The position numbers were made by a program, and so were the translations under genes. The notes beneath the pieces were generated by a model. It saw nothing but the letters and a program-made list of their open reading frames with translations, ran no database searches and had not been told where the DNA came from. Source: Dehalococcoidia bacterium (lineage in GTDB: Bacteria; Chloroflexota; Dehalococcoidia; UBA2979). From it: a stretch of 64,000 nucleotides of DNA. The DNA lies in NCBI GenBank assembly GCA_965262725.1, contig OZ253555.1, positions 3,072,001 to 3,136,000 on the forward strand. Direction: 5' to 3'. Shown here piece after piece: positions 29,874 through 40,597 of this stretch (the stretch's first letter is position 1; every line of letters begins with the position of its first letter).

Positions 29874-31211
29874 CTAGAGCACCGCGAGCGTTAGGTCGTC
29901 AGCTCGCCGGCCCTGGAGCGACCACGGGCTCACCTCATCCACGTCGACCTCGACAAGCTGGCCGACGAGGCCCGGCCCATCGAAGTGCACGAGTTGGCCG
30001 CCCCTCGCGCGGCCGCTCGAGCGCCCCTCCTTCTCCCGCTCCACTAGCACCTCGAGGCGGCTGCCGAGCAGCGGCTGGTTGTGGTGCGCCGCCGACTCGG
30101 CGTGGAGGCGCTCGATGACCTGCAAACGCTCCCGCTTCACCTCCCGGGGAACGTCGTCCTCCATCTTGCGGGAGGCGTAGGTGCCGGGCCGTGGCGAGTA
30201 GGCGGCGGCGTGGATCACGTTGAAGCGCGTCCGCTCCAGAAGCTCGACCGTCGCGCGGAACTCTCCCTCGGTCTCGCCGGGACAGCCGACGATCACGTCG
30301 GTGGCAAGGGACGCGTGCGGCATGCACTCGCGGATCCGCGCCACGCGCTCCTCGAACTGCGAGACCGTGTAGCCGCGCCGCATCCGCGCGAGCATCGAGT
30401 CGGAGCCCGACTGCACCGGGATGTTGAAGTGCTCGCAGACGCGCGGGAGGTCGGCGACGGCCTCGACGATGCGGTCGGTCATGTCGCGCGGGTAGGAGGT
30501 GAGGAAGCGGATACGGTCGATCCCCTCGACGCGCTCGATCCCCTCGAACAGCGTCGCGAGGTCGGGGCGCGCACTTGCTCCGGCGCCCGGCTCGAGGTCG
30601 TTGCCGTAGGCCTCCACGGTCTGCCCGACGAGCGTCACCTCCCGGACGCCGCGCTCGGCGAGGTATGAAACCTCGCCGAGCACCTCCGCCACCGGCCGTG
30701 AGCGCTCGCGGCCGCGACGCAGGGGGACGATGCAATAGGTGCACATCTTGTCGCAGCCGTGCACCACCGGAACGTAGGCGGTCGGACCCTCGGGGCGGCC
30801 GTAGGTCGACGGCCAGAACTCTCCCTCCGAGACGTCCCGCAGCGTCAGGGGATCGAGGGCGCCGGCCGAGCGCGCCGCCTCCAGGATCGGATCGAACTGC
30901 TGCGGTCTGGCCCACGCATCGACGAACGGGAAGCGTCTGGCGAGCACCTCCGTGCGCGGGCCAACCATGCAACCCATCACCGCGAGTGTGAAGCGCTCCC
31001 CCCGGCGCTTGCGTTTCGCGAGGACGCCGAGGCGCGAGTAGGCGCGGTCCTCGGCGTGCTGCCTGACGGAGCAGGTGTTGATGACCACGAGGTCGGCCTC
31101 GGCGTCGGAGGGAGCCGCCTCGAATCCGAGGCGTTCGAGGCCCGCGGCGAGCTTGAGAGAGTCCGCCTGGTTCATCTGGCAACCGAGCGTCCAGATATGG
31201 TAGCGCGCCAT
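29874..31211 (-). CDS. miaB: tRNA methylthiotransferase MiaB
   Basis: TLGCQMN, NTCSVR, GCDKMCTYCIVP, PVQSGSD, C-terminal TRAM. Confidence 0.93.
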   Translation of the reverse strand: MARYHIWTLGCQMNQADSLKLAAGLERLGFEAAPSDAEADLVVINTCSVRQHAEDRAYSRLGVLAKRKRRGERFTLAVMGCMVGPRTEVLARRFPFVDAWARPQQFDPILEAARSAGALDPLTLRDVSEGEFWPSTYGRPEGPTAYVPVVHGCDKMCTYCIVPLRRGRERSRPVAEVLGEVSYLAERGVREVTLVGQTVEAYGNDLEPGAGASARPDLATLFEGIERVEGIDRIRFLTSYPRDMTDRIVEAVADLPRVCEHFNIPVQSGSDSMLARMRRGYTVSQFEERVARIRECMPHASLATDVIVGCPGETEGEFRATVELLERTRFNVIHAAAYSPRPGTYASRKMEDDVPREVKRERLQVIERLHAESAAHHNQPLLGSRLEVLVEREKEGRSSGRARGGQLVHFDGPGLVGQLVEVDVDEVSPWSLQGRRADDLTLAVL

Positions 31212-31261
31212 GCGGAAACCTCCCGGCGCCCGCCCGTGCGGGCGCGATCGGTGCTTGGGGA

Positions 31262-31351
31262 TGGCGGAGGGGGTGGGAGTCGAACCCACGACCCCGAAAC
31301 CGGGGTAAGCGCTTAGCAGGCGCCCGCACTAGGCCACTATGCGACCCCTCC
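31262..31351 (-). tRNA. tRNA-Ser (GCT)
   Basis: GGAGGGG acceptor stem, anticodon arm GGCGC-CTGCTAA-GCGCT, long variable arm, GGTTCGACT T-loop, encoded CCA. Confidence 0.95.
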
Positions 31352-32176
31352 GCGCCGCGTCGATCCTAGACCGTACGTGGTGACCGGCGCCAATGCGCTC
31401 TGCGGGGGTGCGGCGGCATCCGGCGGACCAGTGAGCACACGCCGCCCACGCGACGGCGCCACCCGCCCCGAGGCGGTTCGAGTGCGTCGGGCGCATACCC
31501 GAGCGCCTCGGGGACGAACGCGCCTCAGGGAGGAGCCCCTCTCGTGAGTCGAAGCGGCCCGAGGGGACGGCACGGGACCGCCCTTGCCCATCCCTCGACC
31601 TCCGAGATGCCGTCCTCGTGGGCCGCATCCGCACGACGGTGAGCACGGTCGAATTCTCGACGACAGAACCGTTCGCGTTCGGTGCCGTGGTCGCTCCTTC
31701 AGCGGCGCGGATCGACCCGGGCCAAGTGGGGGGGCGGGCGGCAGATGGGAGGACGACGAGGGCCAACTGAGGTGAGAGCAACAACGGGACCTGAGGCGGG
31801 CACCCGCCCGCCCCGCTGGCGAGCAACGTCCATCTGGTGCCCGGATGGATCGCGGCGACTTCGGCCGCCAACGCGCTCTTCTGGCTCGCAACGTGGACGC
31901 TCTACCACTGTAGTCCGCCGTTCGCGGACACGGTGGTCGCTGTCGTGGCCAAGATGAGCCGCGGCCTGTTCATCGGCGTCCTCATGATGCTGCGCGTGTC
32001 CGTGGTCTCGGTGGGTGGCGAGCCGCGCCGCTCTTCCGCCGCTAGGTCCTCCCACGCCAGATTCGGTCGCCCGGCGGGTGCTGCGGAGGGAACGCTGTCG
32101 GTTCCGGGCTGAACGGGGACACCGGGCAGCCGCACCGCTGGAAGCCAAGCGTCGTGCCCGGGTCGGGGAGGCGCTT

Positions 32177-33058
32177 CTAGAGCAGACCGCCCTCGCGGAG
32201 CACACGCTCCATCGTCGCGCCGATCTCTGCCGGGGACTCCACGACCACGGCGCCAGCGGCGCGCAGTGCCTCCTGCTTCGCGGCGGCCGTCCCGGCGCGG
32301 CCGGCGATAATGGCGCCAGCATGGCCCATCCGGCGGCCCGGCGGCGCTGTCGCACCCGCGATGAAGGCGACGACCGGCTTCGACATCCCGCGCACGTAGT
32401 CGGCCGCCTCCTGCTCGGCGGTGCCGCCGATCTCGCCGATCAGCACCAGCGCGGCCGTCTCGGCGTCCGCCTCGAAGAGTTCGAGCGCCTCGCGCTGGGT
32501 CGTGCCGATGATCGGGTCGCCGCCGACGCCGACCGAGGTCGACTGGCCGATGCCGAGGCGGGTGAGCTGGTCGACCGTCTCGTACACGAGCGTGCCGGAG
32601 CGCGAGATCACGCCGACGTTGCCAGGGAGGTAGACGTCGGGCGGCATGATGCCGGCACGCGCCCGCTCGCCGGGCGACATCACGCCGGGGCAGTTCGGCC
32701 CGATCAACCGCGTGCCGGATCCGCGCAGGCGGTGCCGCACCCGCACCATGTCGAGGGTCGGGATCCCCTCCGTGATGCAGATCGCAACGGGGACGGAGGC
32801 GTCGGCGGCCTCGGCGATGGCGTCGGCCGCGAAGGGCGCCGGCACGAAGATCACCGAGACGTTGGCGCCGAACTCGTCGACGGCCTCGCGCACGGTGTCA
32901 CGCACCGGCACGCCGGCGAGCTTCTGGCCGCCACGCCCGGGGGTGACGCCGCAGACCACCTGCGTGCCGAAGGCGCGGCTCACGGTGGCCTCGCGCTGCC
33001 CGGCGGCGCCCATCCCCTGGATCACGACGCGGCTCGCCTCATCGAGCAGTACCGCCAC
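32177..33058 (-). CDS. sucD: Succinyl-CoA synthetase alpha subunit
   Basis: [38 protein letters not shown]. Confidence 0.95.
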   Translation of the reverse strand: MAVLLDEASRVVIQGMGAAGQREATVSRAFGTQVVCGVTPGRGGQKLAGVPVRDTVREAVDEFGANVSVIFVPAPFAADAIAEAADASVPVAICITEGIPTLDMVRVRHRLRGSGTRLIGPNCPGVMSPGERARAGIMPPDVYLPGNVGVISRSGTLVYETVDQLTRLGIGQSTSVGVGGDPIIGTTQREALELFEADAETAALVLIGEIGGTAEQEAADYVRGMSKPVVAFIAGATAPPGRRMGHAGAIIAGRAGTAAAKQEALRAAGAVVVESPAEIGATMERVLREGGLL

Positions 33059-33097
33059 GCGTGCCTCCTCCTCGGAGCCGGTCCCGGCCGGCTGCGG

Positions 33098-34279
33098 CTA
33101 CTCGGCGCTGCGCGCGGCCGCCGCGACCGCCGCGACCGCCAGACGCGCTCCCTCAGCGAAGCCCTCGGCGCGGATCACGTCCACGCCCGCCTCATCGAGA
33201 ATGCGCCGGCCGTCGGAAACGTTCGTGCCGGCGAGCCTGACGACCGTGGGCTGCGGGATGAGTCCCATCTGCTTTGCGCGCACGACGCCCTCGGCGATTA
33301 CGTCGGTGCGCGCCAGACCGCCGAAGATGTTGACGAGCACGGCGCGGACGTCCGCATCGGAGCCGATGAGGCGGAGCGCGGCGATGACGGCGTCGGCGCT
33401 ATTCGCCGTCCCGATGTCGAGGAAGTTTGCGGGCTCGCCCCCCGCGTACTGAATGGCGTCCATGGTCGCCATCGCGAGGCCGGCGCCGTTCACGAGGCAT
33501 CCGATAGAGCCGTCGAGCTTCACGTAGTTCTGAATCCCGGCGTCCTGCGCCTCGACCTCCAGCCGATCCTCCTGGGCACGGTCGCGCTCCTCGAACAGCG
33601 CCTGCTGACGGAAGTCGGCGCTATCGTCGACGGAGAGCTTCGCGTCGGCGGCGAGCAGTCGCCCGTCTCCCGTCACGACCAGCGGATTGATCTCAACGAG
33701 GGAGCAGTCGGCCTCGAGAAAGGTCCGTGCGAGGGCCTCCAAGAGGGCGACCGCCGGTCGCAGCAGATCGCCACCGAGACCGAGCGCGAAGGCGAGCTGG
33801 CGCGCCTGGTACGGCATGAAGCCGAGCGTCGCGTCGATCGGAGCGCGGTGGATCTGTTCGGGATGCTCCTCAGCGATCTGCTCAATCTCCATGCCGCCGG
33901 CCGCCGAGCCGATCACAACGGGTGCGCCGGCCGCGTTGTCGATCACGACGCCGACGTAGATCTCACGCGCGATCTCGATCTGCTCCTCGACGAGCACGGA
34001 ATCGACGGGAAGCCCCGCGGGGCCGGTCTGCTCGGTGACGAGCCGCATTCCGAGCATGGCGGCCGCGGCCTCGGATGCCGCGGCCCCGGTGGCGGCGAGC
34101 TTGACGCCTCCGCCGCGGCCGCGGCCGCCGGTGTGCGCCTGTGCCTTCACCACGACGGGCCCGCCGAGTTCTCTGGCCGCCGATTCGGCCTCCTCGGGCG
34201 TCCGGACCACCCGCCCGACCGGTACGGGTACACCCCGCGCCGCGAGGACAGCCTTCGCCTGGTATTCGTGGAGCTTCAT
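33098..34279 (-). CDS. sucC: Succinyl-CoA synthetase beta subunit
   Basis: MKLHEYQAK, KAQ..GGRG.GGGV, EINPL, NGAGLAMATMD, NIFGG. Confidence 0.95.
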   Translation of the reverse strand: MKLHEYQAKAVLAARGVPVPVGRVVRTPEEAESAARELGGPVVVKAQAHTGGRGRGGGVKLAATGAAASEAAAAMLGMRLVTEQTGPAGLPVDSVLVEEQIEIAREIYVGVVIDNAAGAPVVIGSAAGGMEIEQIAEEHPEQIHRAPIDATLGFMPYQARQLAFALGLGGDLLRPAVALLEALARTFLEADCSLVEINPLVVTGDGRLLAADAKLSVDDSADFRQQALFEERDRAQEDRLEVEAQDAGIQNYVKLDGSIGCLVNGAGLAMATMDAIQYAGGEPANFLDIGTANSADAVIAALRLIGSDADVRAVLVNIFGGLARTDVIAEGVVRAKQMGLIPQPTVVRLAGTNVSDGRRILDEAGVDVIRAEGFAEGARLAVAAVAAAARSAE

Positions 34280-34440
34280 CGACCGCCGCTCACCCCCGCC
34301 AGCCCCCGCGACTCGCGCCGGGCATCGTAGCCGCCGCCCCCCGCAAGGCCAAGGCGACGGAACGCCGGTGAACGGGGCCAGCCCCCGGGCCGACCGTATA
34401 CTCGCCGCCGGGACGCGCAGCGCGGAGGAGGGGGTCGACG

Positions 34441-35535
34441 ATGGCGGCGAGCTACCGGGTGGGTGTGATCGGGACGTCGTGGGCGGCCAAGAGCCCGCTC
34501 CCCACCTTCCAGAGCTACCCCGGCATCGAGATCGCGGCGATCTGCAGCGGGCGGCTGGAGCGGGCCCGGGAGGCCTGCGAGCGCTTCGGCGCGCCGGTCG
34601 CCCTCGACGACTATCGCGAGCTGGTCGCGATGCCCGAGGTCGACATCGTCTACGTGGGGAGCCCTGTCGCTCTCCACGACCCGATGGCGATCGCCGCCGC
34701 CAAGGCGGGGAAGCACCTCCTGCTCGAGAAGCCGCTCTCGCTCGACGCCGTCCGCGGGCAGGCGATGCTCGATGCCGCCGAGCGCTCGGGCGTCTCGCAC
34801 ATTGTCGCGTTCACGATGCGCCATTTTGCGACGCACGTCCTCGTGCGCAGGCTCATCGACGAGGGGGTGATCGGGGAGCCGCGTCACCTCGCCATCGCCC
34901 ACTTCGGGGGCAGCGCGGTCGGCGCACCGCCCCGCGGCTGGAGCTGGTGGTCGGACCGGGAACAGGGCGGGGGTCTGCTCGGCGCGATGGGGAGCCACTA
35001 CGTCGACCTGGCGCGCTACTGGCTCGGCGACTTCGCGGAGGTATCGGGGAGCCTCCGCACATGGCAGCGCACGACCCCCGACGGCGAGGGGCGATGGCGC
35101 GAGGTCACCTCCGACGATGGCTTCGCGCTCGTCGGCACGACGCGCTCAGGCGCCGCGGTGACGATCCACATGAGCCTCGCGGTGCGACCGGGTCCGCCGC
35201 GGCGGGTGGAGCTCTACGGCGAGCAGGGCTCGGTCGCTATCGAGGGGGACGAGCTCGCGCCCGGCGGCGCGCGGGTCCTTCTCACGCGACCCGGCGAGAG
35301 CGCCCCCTCGGAGGTCGAGGTCCCGCCGCTTGCGCTCGGCGGCGCGGCGCGCGGGAGCGCCGTGCCGCGCTTCGGGCTTATGATCGAGAAGCTGGTCCGG
35401 GCGATCGAGGACGGCGAGCGCCCCTCCCCCGACATCGAGGAGGCGCTGCGCTGCCAGGAGGTTCTCGACGCCGTGCGCCGCTCCTCAGAGGAGGGCAGGA
35501 GCGTCCGCCTGCCGGCCGCCACGGACGCGGCGTAG
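34441..35535 (+). CDS. Gfo/Idh/MocA-family oxidoreductase
   Basis: AGKHLLLEKP, GGGLLGAMGSHYVD. Confidence 0.9.
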   Translation: MAASYRVGVIGTSWAAKSPLPTFQSYPGIEIAAICSGRLERAREACERFGAPVALDDYRELVAMPEVDIVYVGSPVALHDPMAIAAAKAGKHLLLEKPLSLDAVRGQAMLDAAERSGVSHIVAFTMRHFATHVLVRRLIDEGVIGEPRHLAIAHFGGSAVGAPPRGWSWWSDREQGGGLLGAMGSHYVDLARYWLGDFAEVSGSLRTWQRTTPDGEGRWREVTSDDGFALVGTTRSGAAVTIHMSLAVRPGPPRRVELYGEQGSVAIEGDELAPGGARVLLTRPGESAPSEVEVPPLALGGAARGSAVPRFGLMIEKLVRAIEDGERPSPDIEEALRCQEVLDAVRRSSEEGRSVRLPAATDAA

Positions 35536-35583
35536 CGGGACTCCGTTCCCGGTCGGAGGTCCCCCCGGTGCGCGTGCGGCGCC

Positions 35584-36783
35584 TCAGCCCAGGGTGCCGG
35601 CCGCCGCGAGGTCAGCGATCTCCTCCGACTCGAGGCCGAAGTCACGGAGGACCTCGTGCGAGTGCTCCCCGGGCTCAGGAGCGCGGGAGCGGACGCGCAC
35701 GTCGGCGCCGTCGATGGAGAAGGGGGCGGCTATCGTCTCGAAGCCCTCCATGGCCGGGTGCTCGACGGCGGTGAAGGCGCGCTGGTGGCGGAGTTGTGGG
35801 CTCTGGACGACCTCGGGAAGCTCGGCCACGGGCGCCCACGTGAGGTCGAACTCGTCGAGGCGCGCGCCCCAGTGGGCGAGGTCGTGCTCGAGGAAGCGCC
35901 GCTCGATCTCGGGCGCGAGTTCCTCTGCGCCCCCAAGCAGCGAGTCGAAGTCAGGGTAGCGCTCGGCCCAGTCGGGGCGCTCCAGCATCAGGCAGAAGCG
36001 CCCCCAGTAGCGGTCGGTCTGCGCCATCGCGAGCATCACCCAGCGGCCGTCAAAGGTGGGGTAGCTGTTGAAGATCGGGTTCGAGGGGCGCACGCGATCG
36101 TGCCGCGGCGGCTGCTCGCCGGTGACGAGCGCGCGCTGCACGTCCCCGGCGATGGTCCACATCCCGGTTCGCTGGAGCGCCACCTCGCAGCGCTGTGCCT
36201 TCCCGGTTGCGTCGCGCACCCTGAGCGCCGCCAGAGCGGCGGCGAGCAGGTTCAAGGCGGAGGTGTGATCCCCCTGCGAGCGGCGGCACAGCGGCGGCGG
36301 CGAGGGGGGCTCTCCGATCACGGACTGGATACCGGAGTGCGCCCAGAACGAGGTGAAGTCGAAGCCGCGGCGACCCGAATCGGGCCCGCTCGTCCCGTAG
36401 CCGGAGAAGACGGCGTAGACGACGCGCGGGTTGACCCCGCGAAGCGCCTCGAAGGTGAGTTCGAAGCGCTCCGCTCGAGGCTGCGTGAGGTTGGTGACGA
36501 AGATGTCGACGTCGCGGGCGAGGCGCCGCACCAGCGCGGCGCCGCCCGGGCGCTGCATGTCGATCACGATCGAGCGCTTGCCGCGGTTGTCGAGCTCGAA
36601 GGTGAGGTTGCCGGGGAAGCTCTCGACGGGGGGATGCTCGATGATGCCGCGGAGCGCGTCACCCCCGGGCGGCTCCACCTTGACAACGTCGGCGCCCATA
36701 TCCGCCATGAGCGCGGCGCAGCTGGGCGCAGCTACCCAGTTCGCCACCTCCAGCACGCGTATCCCCTCAAGCGGCGCGACCAT
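35584..36783 (-). CDS. Class III (CaiB/BaiF) CoA-transferase
   Basis: PLEGIRVLE, ADMGADVVKVEPPGGD, NRGKRS, APEPGEHS. Confidence 0.9.
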   Translation of the reverse strand: MVAPLEGIRVLEVANWVAAPSCAALMADMGADVVKVEPPGGDALRGIIEHPPVESFPGNLTFELDNRGKRSIVIDMQRPGGAALVRRLARDVDIFVTNLTQPRAERFELTFEALRGVNPRVVYAVFSGYGTSGPDSGRRGFDFTSFWAHSGIQSVIGEPPSPPPLCRRSQGDHTSALNLLAAALAALRVRDATGKAQRCEVALQRTGMWTIAGDVQRALVTGEQPPRHDRVRPSNPIFNSYPTFDGRWVMLAMAQTDRYWGRFCLMLERPDWAERYPDFDSLLGGAEELAPEIERRFLEHDLAHWGARLDEFDLTWAPVAELPEVVQSPQLRHQRAFTAVEHPAMEGFETIAAPFSIDGADVRVRSRAPEPGEHSHEVLRDFGLESEEIADLAAAGTLG

Positions 36784-36969
36784 CTCGAACTCCCCCCTGC
36801 CGCGGCGTGCCGCAGGTGCGGCCGTCGCCGGGGGGTGGTAGCACGCGGGCGGCGGCGGGACAACGGAGGAGCGGGGCCGGCGGCTCGAACCGGGACCGGA
36901 GCGCCGGAAACGGTGGCCCGCTATCCTCGCGCGGGCGGGGAGCGGGAGGGGAGCGGGAGGGGAGCAACG

Positions 36970-37845
36970 ATGGACTTCGAGTACCGGAAGACGGCGCGAT
37001 TCCGCGTGGGGGCGCTCGAGATCGTGCAGCTCTCCGACGGCTCGTTCGGGCGCGACGCACGCAACTTCTTCGACGGCGTCGACCCCGGAGAGTGGACGCA
37101 CGCCTGCGGCATCGCCTCACCCGAGGAGCCGGTGCCGTGGGCCTACAGCGGCTACCTGGTGCGGGGTGACGGGCACACGACGCTCATCGACACCGCGCTC
37201 GGAGAGCGCCCCTGCGAGCCCGGCATCCTCTCCTGCGCCGAGTTCCCGGAGCGCCTCGCGGAGTGCGGCGTGGAGCCGCAAGAGGTCGACGTGCTGCTGC
37301 ACTCGCACCTGCACTGGGATCACGTCGGCTGGGACGTGACGCGAGACGGCACCGTCGCCTACCCGAACGCCGAGGTCCACCTCTCTGGTGCCGAGCTCGA
37401 CTTCTGGATGACGCCGCACCGCGACGCGCCCGAGCGCCACGTGCTCTTCGCCAGTGAGCACTTTCGCCCGCTGCTCGACGCAGGGCAGGTCCGCACCTTC
37501 GATGGAGACGCCCAGGTCACGCCGTCGATCACGATGATCGCGACCCCCGGCCACACGCCCGGTCACACGGTCCAGCTCGTCAGCTCGGAGGGCGAGGCGC
37601 TCATCCTCGTCGGGGACGCGATGCACCACTGGACGCACGTCGAGCACCACGACTGGCTCTCGATCCACGAGTGGGACCCGGAACAGTCGCGCGAGGCGCG
37701 ACGGCGCATCTGTGAGCTCGCGATCGAGACGGATGCGCTTGTGACGGGGCCGCACTTCCCGCTCCTCACAGTCGGCAAGGTCCGGCGCGACGGCTCGGAC
37801 TACCGCTACGAGAAGATCCACCCGCCCTCGGCGAGCCTGCGTTAG
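36970..37845 (+). CDS. MBL-fold metallo-hydrolase
   Basis: HSHLHWDHVG, TPGHTPGH, GDAMH. Confidence 0.9.
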   Translation: MDFEYRKTARFRVGALEIVQLSDGSFGRDARNFFDGVDPGEWTHACGIASPEEPVPWAYSGYLVRGDGHTTLIDTALGERPCEPGILSCAEFPERLAECGVEPQEVDVLLHSHLHWDHVGWDVTRDGTVAYPNAEVHLSGAELDFWMTPHRDAPERHVLFASEHFRPLLDAGQVRTFDGDAQVTPSITMIATPGHTPGHTVQLVSSEGEALILVGDAMHHWTHVEHHDWLSIHEWDPEQSREARRRICELAIETDALVTGPHFPLLTVGKVRRDGSDYRYEKIHPPSASLR

Positions 37846-37895
37846 CAGGAGCCCCCGGAGACCCAGGGAACCGCTCGGGGGCCGGCGACGTTTAG

Positions 37896-39103
37896 GGCAA
37901 GTCTGATCAGGTGGGTCTAGCGACCCAGTTTCGCCGCGGTCAGGCGCTCTCAGGCGGATTCCCGATGACAGTGGTCATATCCGCCCCCTCGCGGGCCCCT
38001 GTGGCTCCCCTCCTCGCCCCGTGTGGGGCGGGGAGGGCGCACTCCACCCACGGTCAGGCACGGTGCGGCTTCGCGGTGAGCAGGTTGTGGAACCCCAGCA
38101 AGACCGCACACCGCTCGTGGTTCTTGAAGAGACCCCGGTACCGCACCTTGGCGTAGCCGAAGCGCCGCTTCACGCTGTAGAACGGGTGCTCCACCAGCGC
38201 TCGCACCGATGCCTTCCGCTTCTCCTCGACGGCCTCAGGACTCTCCGGGTCGAGCGCACGCCGGAGGCCCGGGCGCATCGCCACGTTCCAGTCCTTGACC
38301 CTGGAGTCCGCGTTCTCGGGTCTCTTCTGCACGCCCCGGTACCCGGCGTCGCCGTAGACCTCGGCTTCCTCGCCGTGCAGCAGGCGGTGCGTCTCAGACA
38401 CGTCCGACACGTTCGCAGGCGTGGTCGTGAAGTTGTGGACCAGTCCAGTATCCCTGTCGGCGCCGATGTGCAGCTTCATCCCGAAGAACCACTGTTTCCC
38501 CTTCTTGGTCTGATGCATCTCCGGGTCCCGCGCCCGCCCGCGATTCTTCGTCGACGATGGCGCCGAGATGATGGTCGCATCCACGATGCTGCCCTCGCTC
38601 AGCTTCAATCCCTTGCTCGTGAGGTGCTCGTTGATGAGTTGGAGGATCCTGCTACCCAGGGAGTGGCGCTCGAGCAGGTGCCGGAAGTTGAGGATCGTCG
38701 TCTCGTCGGGGATGGGCTCGGAGAGCGTGAGGAAGCAAAAGGCTCGCACCGACTCGGCCTCGTGGAGCAGATCCTCCATGCCGGGGTCGCTGAGGTTGTA
38801 GCAGAGTTGCACGGTATGGATGCGCAGCATCACGGAGAGCGGGTAGGGCCTCCGCCCGCGGCCCGGTTTCGGGTAGTGGGGCTCGATGGCTGCTTCGAAC
38901 CTCTGCCACGGGACGAGGCCATCCAGCCGTTCGAGGAACTTCTGGCGGCGCGTCTTGTAGCCATCCCGCTCGAACTCGACTCTCGCGAATGTCGGCTGAT
39001 GCATGGCAGCGCTCCCCTTTCCCGGAGGAGTGCCATGATCGCATATAGTCATCGGAGTGTGCATGTGCTCCAGTAACGACGCGGCGACCTGTTCAGAGAA
39101 CCC
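37896..39103 (-). mobile_element. IS5-family insertion sequence
   Basis: Imperfect 16-bp IRs GGCAAGTCTGATCAGG / CCTGTTCAGAGAACCC; TSD TTAG at 37892-37895 and 39104-39107. Confidence 0.88.
38054..39004 (-). CDS. IS5 transposase
   Basis: GRRPYPL, IPDETTILNFRHLLE, VDATII, WFFGMKLH, GDAGY, RALVEHPF. Confidence 0.93.
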   Translation of the reverse strand: MHQPTFARVEFERDGYKTRRQKFLERLDGLVPWQRFEAAIEPHYPKPGRGRRPYPLSVMLRIHTVQLCYNLSDPGMEDLLHEAESVRAFCFLTLSEPIPDETTILNFRHLLERHSLGSRILQLINEHLTSKGLKLSEGSIVDATIISAPSSTKNRGRARDPEMHQTKKGKQWFFGMKLHIGADRDTGLVHNFTTTPANVSDVSETHRLLHGEEAEVYGDAGYRGVQKRPENADSRVKDWNVAMRPGLRRALDPESPEAVEEKRKASVRALVEHPFYSVKRRFGYAKVRYRGLFKNHERCAVLLGFHNLLTAKPHRA

Positions 39104-39110
39104 TTAGTCA

Positions 39111-40529
39111 GTGAGGACACGAACGCCGCGGCAGGAGGAGGCCCTGTTGGCGAGATGGATGTGGCTGGCCGTCGTCCCGCTGCTGCTGGCGATCGTGCTT
39201 GCGGCCTGCAGCGACGACTCGGATGCCGAGGAGAGCGACGCTACGACCCGCGCCTCCCCGTCGGAGCGCGCGCTGCAGGTGGCGGCCCCGGCCGCCGCCG
39301 GCGCCGCCACCTTCGCGGTGGGCGAGTCGGCTGGCGACGCTGACGGGAGCGCCTCCAGCGCCGCGGTCGGCGGTGCGGACGGTGCTCCCGCCCCGGTCGC
39401 CTTCCAGCAGATCGACTCGGGACGCTCGATCGTCTACGTGGGCTCGATGCTCGTCGAGGTGGAGAACGTCCGCCAAGCGACGCAGCAGGCGCAGGTGGCG
39501 ATCGCCGGGCTCGGGGGTCTCGTCTTCGGCCAGGAGACCATCAGCGAGCCGGTCGTGCGCACCGATCTCACCTTCAAGGTGCTGCCGGAGGACTTCCCGG
39601 AGGCGATGCGGCGCCTCGAGGCCCTCGGCGAGCTGAAGAGCCAGCGGATTTCGGCCGACGACGTCACCGAGCGCGTCGTCGATCTGGAGAGCCGCATCAT
39701 CACGGCCCGGGCCTCGGTGGAGCGGCTCCGGAACTTCCTCCAGAACGCGACCGACCTCGAGGCCGTCGCGGTACTCGAGCCCCAGCTCCTGAGCCGCGAG
39801 ACCGACCTCGAGCGGCTGCGCGGACAGCTGCGCACACTCCAGGATCAGGTGGCGCTGGCGACGATCTTCCTCACGCTGGTGGAGCCGGCGCCCGAGGAGC
39901 CCGAGGCGCGCGTCGAGTTCGTCGAGACGGCCTACTCGGGGGACGACGACGGCCTGCGCTGCCCCGCCGACGACGACCTGGCCGTCGACGAGAGCGAGTC
40001 GGTCACGATCTGCGTCGCCGTGGAGAACACCGGAAACGTCGCGCTGGTCGAGATCGAGATTCGCGACTTCGGCCTGGGCCTCGACGACCGCGACTTCGTC
40101 GCGCTCGAGGGCTCGGTCGCCGGCCCGCTTCAGCCCGGCGAGCGCCTGCTCGGCTACTTCCAGACCGAGGCCCAGACGGAGCGCTGGCCGGAGCCGGGAT
40201 TCTCTGCCGTGCCGGTGAGCGAGGACGGCGAGCCGCTGCGCATCCCGATCCGCACCGACTACGACGTGTTCGACTACCGCGTCGCCCCCGACGACTCACT
40301 CCCGACCTTCGTCGACGGGCTCCGGGCGAGCTGGGGCGCCGTCGTGACCCTCAGTCGGATCGGGGTGCTGGCGGCGGGCGTCGCGATCCCGTTCTTCTGG
40401 CTGCCGCTGGTTGCCCTTGGGCTGCTCTGGCTTGGTCGTCGGCTACGTCCCCTGGTGAGGCCGGACGCAGCGCCCGGTGCCGCGGACCCCGCCGCGGAGG
40501 GCGACGGCGCCGAGGCGTCCAATCGCTGA
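39111..40529 (+). CDS. DUF4349-domain lipoprotein with inserted Ig-like domain and C-terminal TM
   Basis: Lipobox LAAC; DDVTERVVDLESRI..LERLRGQLRTLQDQVALATI; start uncertain. Confidence 0.75.
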   Translation: MRTRTPRQEEALLARWMWLAVVPLLLAIVLAACSDDSDAEESDATTRASPSERALQVAAPAAAGAATFAVGESAGDADGSASSAAVGGADGAPAPVAFQQIDSGRSIVYVGSMLVEVENVRQATQQAQVAIAGLGGLVFGQETISEPVVRTDLTFKVLPEDFPEAMRRLEALGELKSQRISADDVTERVVDLESRIITARASVERLRNFLQNATDLEAVAVLEPQLLSRETDLERLRGQLRTLQDQVALATIFLTLVEPAPEEPEARVEFVETAYSGDDDGLRCPADDDLAVDESESVTICVAVENTGNVALVEIEIRDFGLGLDDRDFVALEGSVAGPLQPGERLLGYFQTEAQTERWPEPGFSAVPVSEDGEPLRIPIRTDYDVFDYRVAPDDSLPTFVDGLRASWGAVVTLSRIGVLAAGVAIPFFWLPLVALGLLWLGRRLRPLVRPDAAPGAADPAAEGDGAEASNR

Positions 40530-40597
40530 TGAGAATCGTCCCGGCCGGGTCTCCGGGGGGTCTCCGGGGGTTCACGCGGGGGCCGGGCCGGACGGCC

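Noticed and set aside
31360-32170. Intact genes or an integrated element next to tRNA-Ser
   Set aside because: Only short fragments (e.g. hydrophobic ORF 31837-32112) with no recognisable family, no integrase and no att duplication; probably decayed sequence.
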